Assembly: GCA_964016885.1 (NCBI GenBank)
Contig: OZ024740.1
Coordinates: 287,866,001 to 287,930,000 of the forward strand
Length of the DNA: 64,000 bases
Direction of reading: 5' to 3'
DNA from: Eledone cirrhosa
Taxonomy: Eukaryota
Made by a program: the position numbers and the translations under genes. Position 1 is the stretch's first letter. Each line of letters starts with the position of its first letter. The notes below the pieces were generated by a model. The model worked only from the letters and a program-made list of their open reading frames with translations. It had not been told where the DNA came from and made no database searches. Positions 27,445 to 40,869 of this stretch are shown here, in pieces.

Positions 27445-28596
27445 GCACATTACATGTTCATACCAGTGCACATTACATGTTCATACCAGTGCACATTACA
27501 TGTTCATACCAGCGCACATTACATGTGCATACCAGTGCACATTACATGTTCATACCAGCGCACATTACATGTTCATACCAGTGCACATTACATGTTCATA
27601 CCAGTGCACATTACATGTTCATACCAGCGCACATTACATGTTCATACCAGCGCACATTACATGTTCATACCAGTGTACATTACATGTTCATACCAGTGCA
27701 CATTACATGTTCATACCAGCGCACATTACATGTTCATACCAGTGCACATTACATGTTCATACCAGCGCACATTACATGTTCATACCAGTGCACATTACAT
27801 GTTCATACCAGCGCACATTACATGTTCATACAAGTGCACATTACATGTTCATACCAGTGCACATTACATGTTCATATCAGTGCACATTACATGTTCATAC
27901 CAGTGTACATTACATGTTCATACCAGCGCACATTACATGTTCATACCAGCGCACATTACATGTTCATACCAGTGTACATTACATGTTCATACCAGCGCAC
28001 ATTACATGTTCATACCAGTGTACATTACATGTTCATACCAGCGCACATTACATGTTCATACCAGTGCACATTACATGTTCATACCAGTGCACATTACATG
28101 TTCATACCAGTGCACATTACATGTTCATACCAGCGCACATTACATGTTCATACCAGCGCACATTACATGTTCATACCAGCGCACATTACATGTTCATACC
28201 AGCGCACATTACATGTTCATACCAGTGCACATTACATGTTCATACCAGTGCACATTACATGTTCATACCAGCGCACATTACATGTTCATACCAGCGCACA
28301 TTACATGTTCATACCAGCGCACATTACATGTTCATACCAGTGCACATTACATGTTCATACCAGTGCACATTACATGTTCATACCAGCGCACATTACATGT
28401 TCATACCAGCGCACATTACATGTTCATACCAGCGCACATTACATGTTCATACCAGCGCACATTACATGTTCATACCAGCGCACATTACATGTTCATACCA
28501 GTGCACATTACATGTTCATACCAGTGCACATTACATGTTCATACCAGTGCACATTACATGTTCATACCAGTGCACATTACATGTTCATACCAGTGT
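27445..28596. repeat. 23-bp minisatellite GCACATTACATGTTCATACCAG(T/C), ~50 copies
   Basis: Nearly homogeneous tandem array. Confidence 0.99.
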
Positions 28597-29009
28597 AATC
28601 CTCTCTCCTTCACACTGCATATGATTCCTCATATCCCTAATCTTTCTCTCAGCTCATCCATGCTACATTGTTCATGTACCCTAAAATTAGACATCCAATG
28701 GATGTAGATTGAATAGATGATGAACATCCTGTATTGATTTTCAGTTATTATTGGGGTCTCATAAATGGCAGGGAAATATATAAATTTGATATGTTTATAT
28801 GTTTAGATACACAATATGTATATTTTTATACACAGTCACACAATGTCAGATAATTCTCTACTGTGTATGTATTGATATAGAAAAGTGGCAGTGGTTTTGA
28901 TGTTTCAGTCACCTTTCTACTTAGAAAATAAAATTTGCACTCTTCCCACCAATATTGAGTGCTCAATCAATTAATGTGTAAATATTTAAAATATATTATT
29001 GAAGTGAAA

Positions 29010-29602
29010 ACACTGTATGCTTAATTAAAAGCATTTCGAAGACCTTACGCTATTGTTTTAGAGTAGTGACAGTCTCACTTACTTTAAATTTTCAGCAAAC
29101 AGGGGGAGATAAAGCTGACAGAGCTCTGTTTCGTACTTTTTGGTACTTATCAAAGCTAAGTACTACACCTGTCTGCTGAAAATGATGAATGTTTGATTCT
29201 TATAGATTTCTAGTGATAATCAGGAACTGATTATGCTTTTAATTAAGCATACAGTGTATTGCAAAATACACTGTATATACATTCATTTATATATCGCTAT
29301 TTCAGAGCACCAATTCTAATTTTCAATTTCTGCTTGACCGGCAACCGTTCTGTATAATCAGTTCCTGATTATTACTAGAATTCTATAAGAATCAAACATT
29401 CATGATTTTCAGCAGACAGGTGGAGTACTTAGCTTTGATAAGTACCAAAAAGTACGAAACAGAGCTCTGTCAGCTTTATCTCCCCCTGTTTGCTGAGAAT
29501 TTAAAGTAAGTGAGACTGTCACTACTCTAAAACAATAGCGTAAGGTCTTCGAAATGCTTTTAATTAAGCATACAGTGTATTGCAAAATACACTATATATA
29601 CA

Positions 29603-29612
<10 letters not shown>
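29010..29612. mobile_element. Hammerhead family 3 element (inverted arm + 321-bp monomer + partial repeat)
   Basis: 29010-29234 is inverted relative to ~29352-29578; direct repeat starts at 29233 and 29554; ends in (TA)n. Confidence 0.85.
29431..29475 (+). ncRNA. Type I hammerhead, family 3, U3-A8 core variant (antisense copy 29113-29157)
   Basis: AGCT-TTGATAA-GTAC CAAAAA GTAC-GAAA-CAGAGCTCTG-TC-AGCT. Confidence 0.78.
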
Positions 29613-29633
<21 letters not shown>

Positions 29634-29634
29634 C

Positions 29635-32632
29635 ATCATCATCATCATCATTTTACGTCTGCTCTTCCCTGCTTGCAAGGGTGGGACGGGTCTTATTCAG
29701 CACAGCATCTCTCCACTTGTCACGGTCCTTCGTCATCTCCACCGTGAGCTTCAGCGATCTGAGGTCTGTTCTCATCACCTCCGCCCATGTTTTTTGTGGT
29801 CTACCTCTACCACGTCTTCCTTCAACTGGCATTTCCTGGCACTTCTTCACCCATCGGTCATCCTCCATGTGCATCACATGTCCATACCATCTCAGTCTCC
29901 TCTCCCATATACTACATTCTATCCCTCTCAGACACAGTTTCTCTCTCAACACATTCATACTGGGTTGTTCACGCACATTGACACTGCACATCCAACGGAG
30001 CATGCTTGCCTCATTTCTCTCCAGCCATCGCATATCCTCTGCAGTTGCTGCCCATGTCTCACTACCATGCAGCATCGCGCTCCTCACACAGGCATCATAT
30101 AACCGGCCTTTCGTACGCAGGGAGAAACCCTTCTTCGTCAGCAGAGGAAGCAGCTCCCTAAACTTCTTCCAACCCATCCTTATTCTAGATACTATGGCCT
30201 CGGAACCCCCCCTCCCATGCTAATCTGATCTCCTAGGTACCGGAAGCTATCCACCACTTCTATAGCACTCGCCTGCATTTGAAAAATGTGTATATCAATG
30301 CGAATTCTACTGTCTAATTTCCCTGTACATCTACTGCATACATATTTCTCCCTACCTGTTAGTTTGCCTGCTATCCCACTACATCTCTTGTGCACCCAGG
30401 ATCTGCATTGTGTGCATTTTATAGAATTTATGCCAGTTTCTTTTCTGCATATCGAACATGGCCATTTCCCTCTCGGAATCAGAGTTTTGTCCTCTTTTCT
30501 ACTCATCAATACTTTTGTCTTAGATAGGTTCACTCTCAGTGCTCTTGCTTCCAACTGCTGTTTCCATAGCCAGAATTTATTCTCTAGCTCCTCTACTGAT
30601 TCTGCTATAAGAACCAGATCGTCAGCATAGAGAAGTTCCCATGGACAGCCAGTCTTAAACTCCTCTGTTATGGCTTGGAGGATTATAATGAACAAGAGCG
30701 GGATGAGGACTGAACCTTGATGTATTCCTACTTGTATCTGGAATTCCTCACTAAACTCCATTCCTACCCTGACTTTACTGACAGTACCTCTGTACAAAGT
30801 TTGCACTGTCCTCACAAGCCATTCCTCAACACCTAGTTTCCTTAGGGATCACCAGATGACAGATCAGGGTACCCTATCAAAGGCCTTCTCTAGGTCAACA
30901 AAAGCTAAGTATAGTGGCTTATTTTTCTCTAAGAACTTCTCTTGCAATTGTCTCACCAAGAAGAGGGCATCTATTGTACTCTTCCCAGGCACTAAACCAA
31001 ACTGCATCTCATCTAGTTTGACCCTTTTTCTAATTAGTTGTGCTAATATCCTTTCTACCACTTTCATAACCTGATCCATCAGTTTTATACCCCTATAATT
31101 GCTCCTCTCCAGAGCATCCCCTTTACCATACACTACATTCTATCCCTCTCAGACACAGTTTCTCTCTCAACACATTCATACTGGGTTGTTCACGCACATT
31201 GACACTGCACATCCAACGGAGCATGCTTGCCTCATTTCTCTCCAGCCATCGCATATCCTCTGCAGTTGCTGCCCATGTCTCACTACCATGCAGCATCGCG
31301 CTCCTCACACAGGCATCATATAACCGGCCTTTCGTACGCAGGGAGAAACCCTTCTTCGTCAGCAGAGGAAGCAGCTCCCTAAACTTCTTCCAACCCATCC
31401 TTATTCTAGATACTATGGCCTCGGAACCCCCCCTCCCATGCTAATCTGATCTCCTAGGTACCGGAAGCTATCCACCACTTCTATAGCACTCGCCTGCATT
31501 TGAAAAATGTGTATATCAATGCAACTTCTACTGTCAAATTTCCCTGTACATCTACTGCATACGTATTTTTTCCTACCTGTTAGTTTGCCTGCTATCCCAC
31601 TACATCTCTTGTGTACCCAAGATCTGCATTGTGTACATTTTATAGAATTTATGCCAGTTCCTTTTCTGCATATCAAACATGGCCATTTCCATGACGGAAT
31701 CAGAATTTTGTCCTCTTTTCTACTCATCAATACATTTGTTTTAGTTAGGTTCACTCTCAGTCCTCTTGATTCCAACTGCTGTTTCCATAGCCAGAATTTA
31801 TTCTCTAGCTCCTCTACTGATTCTGCTATAAGAACCAGATCGTCAGCATAGAGAGGTTCCCATGGACAGCCAGTCTTAAACTCCTCTGTTATGGTTTGGA
31901 GGATTATAATGAACAAGAGCGGGCTGAGGACCGAACCCTGATGTACTCCTACTTGTATCTGAAATTCCTCACTAAAGTCCATTCTTACCGTCACTTTACT
32001 GACAGCACCTCTGTACAAAGCTTGCACTGTTCTCACAAGCCATTCCTCAACACCCAGCTTCTGTAGGGACCACCAGATGACAGATCGAGGTACCCTATCA
32101 AAGGCTTTCTCTAGGTCAACAAAGGCTAAGTATAGTGGCTTATTCTTCTCTAAGAACCTCTCTTGTAATTGTCTCACTAAGAAGAGGGCATCCGTTGTAT
32201 TTTTCCCAGGCACAAAACCAAACTGCATCTCATCTAGTTTGACCCTTTCTCTAATTAGTTGTGCTAAAATCCTTTCTGCTACTTTCATGACCTGACCCAT
32301 CAGTTTTATGCCCCTATAATTGCTCCTCTCCAGAGCATCCCCTTTACCTTTGTAGCAATTTATGAGAATACTGCTGCACGAGTCTTTGGGTATGACACCG
32401 CCATATATAGCCTGATTGATGATGCGTGCAACCAGTTTAGTGCCTACGTCCCCTGACGCCTTCAGCATCTCAGCAACTATCCCCGACGGTCCAGTGGCCT
32501 TACCATTTTTCATTTCCTTAATCGCCTCTTGGACTCTATATTCATCAATCTCAATAGCTGGCCCCTCTGTCGGATCTACTGAGGGTAATTTCTCTCTCTC
32601 TCATTCGTTCTCCATATTCATCAGTCTCTCTT
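29635..32632 (-). mobile_element. 5'-truncated RTE LINE with an internal 1221-bp tandem duplication
   Basis: ORFs 31413..32513 and 30192..30815 (KAFDRV, GVHQGS, YADD); C-terminus GRPQKTW; (GAT)n tail at ~29635-29650. Confidence 0.96.
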
Positions 32633-32728
32633 TTTATCTTTAGTTCTTCCTCTCCCATAGCCACTTCCTTTCTCGCCTCCTCCTCTTTCTCTCTCACCAT
32701 TCATACTCAAATATTCATTTCTCTGCAG

Positions 32729-32865
32729 ATGGAATTCTTGAACAAACAAAGAAAGATATAGCAGTTTTGGAACAACTAATATCAGAGCATGATGTGATAT
32801 TTTTGTTGATGGACACCCGGGAGAGTCGATGGCTACCTTCTGTTATTGCTGCATCACAAAAAAAG
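32729..32865 (+). CDS. ATG7: ATG7 exon k ([10 protein letters not shown]...[26 protein letters not shown])
   Basis: ctgcag / gtatat; DTRESRWLP motif. Confidence 0.97.
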
Positions 32866-33338
32866 GTATATAAATATATGAACAGTTATATATATATATC
32901 ATCATGAGAAGGGCATCCAACTTAGAAAGTCTGTCAAACAAATAGTCGAGAGGACATTTCAATTGTGTCAAAGATATGATAACCTCCCTAGTGCTGATGC
33001 CATGATAAAATGCAATCAATGCACTCTATAGAGAGTGAGAATGTATGTAAACAAGATGTGGGTCCCATGCCCATCTAAAAGGTCAGTAGCTCCAATTAAG
33101 TATTGACTTAGTCTGTGATGACCACTCCAACCCTTGCTAGCGCAAAGAATGAATCTTAAAACAATGATGATGATCATCATCATTGTTTTTTACATCCACT
33201 GTTTTATGCTGTTGATGATCTCAGTTAATTTATTTGCCTAATGAATCAATATTTTTGTTTTATTAGACCAAAGTGGGTGAACAACATATCTCAACTAAAG
33301 ACTAATCTTGTATGTTTTTTTATCCTTTATCCACTCAG

Positions 33339-33512
33339 ATTGTCATCAATGCTGCCTTAGGATTTGATACATTCCTTGTTTTACGACATGGCCTAAGAAA
33401 CATTGGTGATGGTGATAATGTCACAGAAACTGATGCTGAAATACTCAAGGGTAACCTAGCTGGAGACAAACTTGGTTGTTACTTCTGCAATGATGTAGTT
33501 GCTCCTGGTGAT
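33339..33512 (+). CDS. ATG7: ATG7 exon l ([18 protein letters not shown]...[15 protein letters not shown])
   Basis: actcag / gtaagt; first Zn-binding CxxC. Confidence 0.97.
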
Positions 33513-33829
33513 GTAAGTATTTTAACTCTTTTGGTAGCAAACTGCCTGAAATTGCCCCTTGTTCTATGATACAGAACTGTTTGTTTTTCTGTATATATAT
33601 TTATCTAAAAACCTTCCATCATTCCTATATGTAAGAACGTTTGTAAAGTTATATTCCAAATCCAACTTAATAATGAGAAAGTTAGTAATATAATTACTAC
33701 ATTCTGCCATATTCTGGATTATTTTCAAAATTATTAAAACGTCATAGGTATTATCTTTCATTAAAAATATATTAATGAAAGGGCTAATAAATCTTTCTAC
33801 TAGTTTTAATTTTCCAAACTCCTGGTAGT

Positions 33830-35900
33830 TAGCTGAACCCTAGTAAACTACTGGCAAGACTTGTGGCTGGAGTAAAGTGCCAGCCAGATAGAGGGTGACC
33901 TGGTGGTGGACAGCACAGTAGATGCAGCCATTAAAGCCAAGAGACACGCATGGAAAAACTGGAAAATTGGGGGTAGCAGAAACTGGTACCAAGTAGCTGA
34001 GAAAGAAGCTAGGTGACAGGTATACACAGCTCAGAGAGAAACTGAAGAAAGTAAATTTGCCAATGTCTTGAGATGTGAGGATCAGAGATGTGAAGTGTTC
34101 CATATTGCAAGGCAGTGTGTTAGTGTACATTGAGATGTTGTTGGGGTAAAATGTGTTAGAAATGATGCTGGTGCACTTAGCACCACCAATGCTCAAAAGA
34201 AAGAGGCCTGGAAATGTTATGAGAAATGGATGAATGTAGAGAATGAATGGGAAGAAGGGAAATTACCCCCAACTTACCCAAAGGGAGGACCAGCTATTGA
34301 AGTTGATATTTTGGGAGTCAAAGATGTAATCAAGATGATGAATGGTAAAGCTGTGGGACCATCAGAAATAGTTGCTGAGATGCTAAAATCATCGGGAGAA
34401 GTAGGAGTCAAACAAGTAACCTTGCAAAGTGAATCAGGTAATTCTGACGCAGCAGTACAATCATAAATTGCTGCAAGGGCAGAAGTGATACTCTAGAAAG
34501 GATCAACTATAGAGGAAAAAAACTAATGGACAAAGTTATGAAAGTGACAGCGAGAGTTATAGGGCAGCTAATGAGAAAAAGAGTCAAAATAGATGAGATG
34601 CAGTTTGGTTTCATGCCTGGGAAAAGTACAACAGATGCCCTCTTCTTAGTGAGGCAACTACAAGAGAAGTTCCTAGCCAAAAATAAACCACTATATTTAG
34701 CTTTTGTTAATCTAGAAAAGGCTTTTGACAGTGTAAATTATCTGGTGGTCCTGAAGGAAATTAGGTGTAAAAGAATGGTTTTTGAGAGCAGTGCAAGCTA
34801 TGTACAGAGGAGCTGTCAGTAAAGTGAGAATAAGAAATGAGTTTAGCAAAGAATTCAAGGTACTGGTAGGAATTCATCAAGGTTCAGTTCTTAACCCAAC
34901 GCTATTTATTATAGTTCTCTAGGACATAACAGAGAAGGTTAAAATGGGCTGCCCATGGAACTTCTCTATGAAACCCAAAAAACTGAAACCAAAAAAGAGC
35001 TAGAAAATAAATTCTGATTATGGAAACTGAATTTGGAATCAAATGGTCTAAGAGTAAATTTAGCGAAAACTAAAGTGCTAGTGATTAGAAGAGAAGATAA
35101 GACCTAGATTCCCCCAGGGAAGTAGCCATGCTCAATAAGCAGAAAAGGCGTAGGCATAAACTCAATGTAAATTTTGGGTACACAAAAGATGTAGTGGGAT
35201 AACAAGTACACTAACAGGAGGAATCAAGAGGAAGAGTGCTAATAATATAAACCTTTTCCAGTCACAAGAAGGATCCATAAGCGTGGTTGATAGCTTCTGC
35301 TATCTAGGTGACCTAATCAACAGTGGAGGAGGTTTTGTAGAGAGTATGATAGCTAGAATAAGGATAGGATGGAAGAAGTTTAGAGAACTGCTCCTACTGC
35401 TGACAACAAAAGGTTTCTCCCTATGTACAAAAGGAAGGCTGTATGTTGCATGTGTGCAGTGTGTGCTGATGCATAGTAGTGAAACATGGGCTGTGACTGC
35501 AGAAGACATGCGTAGACTGAAGAGAAATGAAGCAACCATGTTTCGTTGGATGTGCATTGTAAATGTGAGTGAAAGGGTGAGCTTGGACGAGCTGAGGGAG
35601 AAGCTGAGTTTAAGGGGATTCCAAGATGGTGTGCAGGAGAGATGACTACATTAGTATGGACATGTGATATGCATGGACAATGACCGATGGGTGAAGAAAT
35701 GCCTGATAATCCCAGTGGAAGGAAGCTACAATAGAGGGTGACCAAGAAAGGTCTGGGTCGAGGTTGTGTGAGCGAACCCCAAATTGCTAAGACAGGCAGA
35801 AGAGATGACAAAGGAATGCAACAAGTGGAGAGATCCATGCTGAGAAGGCCCTGTCTAACGCATGCATGCATGGAAAAGTAGACTTAAAAACGATGATGAT
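33830..35900 (+). mobile_element. Degraded RTE LINE, 5'-truncated
   Basis: TWWW linker motif, DEMQFGFMPGKSTTDA, GWKKFRELL; (GAT)n tail. Confidence 0.93.
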
Positions 35901-35911
35901 ATATATATATA

Positions 35912-36470
35912 TAGTATACGAGAGAACATAGAGATAAAAATTATATCCACACACAGAAAAGATGCAATGCTCAGACAAATCACAGAGGCAACAAACATAA
36001 ATCAACTCCAACCAAAATTAAACAGAAAATATGAGTGGAATAGCAACATCATAACTAGTAATTCAGGACAAAAGGAAGACATACAGACACACACAAAAAC
36101 CAAACTAACAAAATAAATCAGACACACACAGATAAAACAAACAACCAACTAGTGACAAGTAAATAAACACAAATAAATAAATAAAAATACACACACACAC
36201 TTGGATGTAACATATGCGTAAACTAAGCACACAGCACACAAAAACAAGATGGTGTAGGACAGAACAAAAGAGAGACACACAATAAAAACCTAGTCACTGA
36301 GGAGGTCACAGAATATGTGACGAATGAGCTTTGACAATATATAAACAATCATCTGGTTATCGAACCAACCAGCCAACCAACTGGAAATATTTAATAAATT
36401 GAAGTGAAAGAAAACCAACAGGTGCATGTGTTTTTATTGGCAGCATGACCCTCCCAAAGTATAACAATAT
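35912..36470 (+). mobile_element. 3' fragment of a second Penelope-like family (GIY-YIG C-terminus + 3' UTR with degenerate hammerhead)
   Basis: MLRQITEATNINQLQPKLNRKYEW resembles PLE endonuclease ends (R..xEA..I...LN.K.EW); CTGAGGA-hairpin-GAA at 36297-36324; (TA)n flanks. Confidence 0.6.
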
Positions 36471-36520
36471 CATCATCATCATCACCGTTTTACGTCCGTT
36501 CTTCCACGCTAGATATATAT

Positions 36521-37920
<1,400 letters not shown>

Positions 37921-38130
37921 TTTAACGGCAGATTAGTATTCTAAGTTCCTTGAAACCTATATATTTACTATTTCCCACTAATAATTTTAATCCCCCCGCC
38001 CCAATAATTATATGTATTTGTAAGCGTGGATGTGTGTATGTGTATGTAAGTGTGTATGTATGTTTGTGTGTTTGTATGTGAGTATAAAAATACATATGTG
38101 CGCATGTATATGTATATATATGTATGTATT

Positions 38131-38161
<31 letters not shown>

Positions 38162-38172
38162 GTGTATATATG

Positions 38173-38205
<33 letters not shown>

Positions 38206-38384
38206 ATGTATATATATGTATGTATATGTATGTGTAGAGATGTGTGTATGTATGTGTATATGTGTCTGACTGTGTATATATGTGTGTGTATGTCTCTATA
38301 TATATGTATGTCTGAGTGTGTGTGTGTGTGTGTGTGGTTGTGTGTATATATACATGGGTATGTGTATGTATATGTGTATATATG

Positions 38385-38454
<70 letters not shown>

Positions 38455-38762
38455 AATTGAAACAAAATGAAAACGAAATTTCATTTCTCACTCTTAGTAT
38501 GGCACTTACTTAAATGTAAGTATGCATGTATACGTACATACATATATGTATACAGACGTACAGTAGCATGCACATATATATATATATATATACATATATA
38601 CATACATATGCATACAGGTACACATACATATATGCACGTATCAGTTTAGCGGCGCTTATTATAACGTCGCTTTGTTCGTTTGTAAACAAACTGAACAGCC
38701 TGAATTTATGCCATACGGTGTTAAGGCAACCACGTCACCTTTTTGTTCAACACTGACACAGG

Positions 38763-38807
38763 AACGATGTACTAGTTTCAAGCTTGTTAGCTATCATCAG
38801 CACCGTT
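38763..38807 (-). ncRNA. Minimal type I hammerhead, family 2
   Basis: AACGGTG-CTGATGA-TAGCTAACAAGCTT-GAAA-CTAG-TA-CATCGTT. Confidence 0.8.
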
Positions 38808-39304
38808 TACCCATCTGCCAGATAGTTGAACGTTCGAAATGATAGCTAACAAGCTTGAAACTAGTACATCGTTCCTGTGTCAGTGTTGAACAAAAAGGTG
38901 ACGTGGTTGCCTTAACACCGTATGGCATAAATTCAGGCTGTTCAGTTTGTTTACAAACGAACAAAGCGACGTTATAATAAGCGCCGCTAAACTGATACGT
39001 GCATATATGTATGTGTACCTGTATGCATATGTATGTATATATGTATATATATATATATATATATGTGCATGCTACTGTACGTCTGTATACATATATGTAT
39101 GTACGTATACATGCATACTTACATTTAAGTAAGTGCCATACTAAGAGTGAGAAATGAAATTTCGTTTTCATTTTGTTTCAATTTATCGTTTTCGGTATGC
39201 CTGACCGATTTAACTCACTCAATATGCAAATTAGGCTGCTCAGCCGTTAATTTTCATAAGGAAAGTATATACTTTCGAACGTTCAACTATCTGGCAGATG
39301 GGTA

Positions 39305-39349
39305 AACGGTGCTGATGATAGCTAACAAGCTTGAAACTAGTACATCGTT
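39305..39349 (+). ncRNA. Minimal type I hammerhead, family 2, sense to the ATG7 pre-mRNA
   Basis: Same motif; predicted GUA cleavage after 39342; 7-bp stem I; palindromic stem III. Confidence 0.8.
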
Positions 39350-40091
39350 CCTGTGTCAGTGTTGAACAAAAAGGTGACGTGGTTGCTTTAACACCGTATG
39401 GCATAAATTCAGGCTGTTCAGTTTGTTTACAAACGAACAAAGCGACGTTATAATAAGCGCCGCTAAACTGATACGTGCATATATGTATGTGTACCTGTAT
39501 GCATATGTATGTATATATGTATATATATATATATATATGTGCATGCTACTGTACGTCTGTATACATATATGTATGTACGTATACATGCATACTTACATAT
39601 ATATATATATATGTATATATATATGGGTGTATATTTATATGTATGGATATATGTTTTACTTATTTTTATGTGTGTGCATACAAACAGGTCAATAGGCGTG
39701 AGCGTAAGTATGTGTATGTGTGTGTGTGTACGAATGTATGTATCGAACGTATGGATGTGTAAATGTGCGTGTGTATATAAGCATGTATATTTTATGTCTC
39801 TCCTTTATGTTTTTTTTATATTTCTTTTGTGAGACATGCGTGTCTGTGTATGTATGTACCCCCCCCCCATTTTGTCTTTTTTTGTCTTCTTTTTTTGAGT
39901 TTTTCCTTCCATAAAAAAAATTTTTTATTTCTAATTTATGGATACACTTTTATAAGTATGTCGAGATTGACACTTTCCTTTAATTACTATATTCCCTTAC
40001 CTCTTTTACTTCCGCATCTAAATGTAAGTGTGTGTGGGCGTGTTTATGTGAGCGCCTCAATATCCATATATTTATAATAATAATGTGTATG

Positions 40092-40179
<88 letters not shown>

Positions 40180-40759
40180 TATTCTGTCTGTTGATTGTAG
40201 ACATATGGATACATTAGCCCTAAATTTTTATATTTACATACACTTTTTCAAAATACGTATACATATGAGCATACACTTTTATGCACATCTGTGAGCGTAT
40301 TTACATACATATACACACACCTAACTGTATTTTCTTGATAAATTTTTATGTATCTCAATCCTTATTTCATTGGTCTATTTAAAATCTGTTCCCAAACAGA
40401 CCTATTATTTTGAATTGTCGTTATTATCAATAAACTAGCATCATTATTTCAAATCCCGCCGAGGTTGACTTTGCCTTTCATCCTTACGGGGTCGATAAAA
40501 TAAAGTACCAGTAATGCATTGGGTAATTGCTGGCCTTGTGCCTAAAGTAGAAACAATTATTTCTGAAGACAGCATATATATGTGAAGGTATGTATATTCT
40601 CTCTGATAGTTTGTATAATTTTGTACATAGATCTTTTGAATATGCATACCTATTCTAACACATATATGTCCTAGAAACGATCGTAAAATAATGAACTTTT
40701 TTTGTTTAATATAAGGAACTGTTTCTTTGTTTATTCATTATTTTTTTAATAATTTATAT

Positions 40760-40860
<101 letters not shown>

Positions 40861-40869
40861 TATATATAT

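Larger units (their letters stand above)
38452..39600. mobile_element. Hammerhead family 2 element, locus 2 (inverted arm + 476-bp monomer x1.6)
   Basis: atgatagctaac recurs at 38839 and 39315; 38452-38838 is inverted; embedded in TA/TG microsatellite. Confidence 0.9.

Noticed and set aside
27396-28707. Three ~400-aa His-rich ORFs
   Set aside because: Artefact of a stop-free 23-bp minisatellite inside an ATG7 intron; identical periodic peptide in all frames
29551-29595. Second hammerhead in the family 3 monomer (GAAA-TGC..GCA-TA followed by a hairpin)
   Set aside because: No CUGANGA or UUGANAA strand in a compatible position
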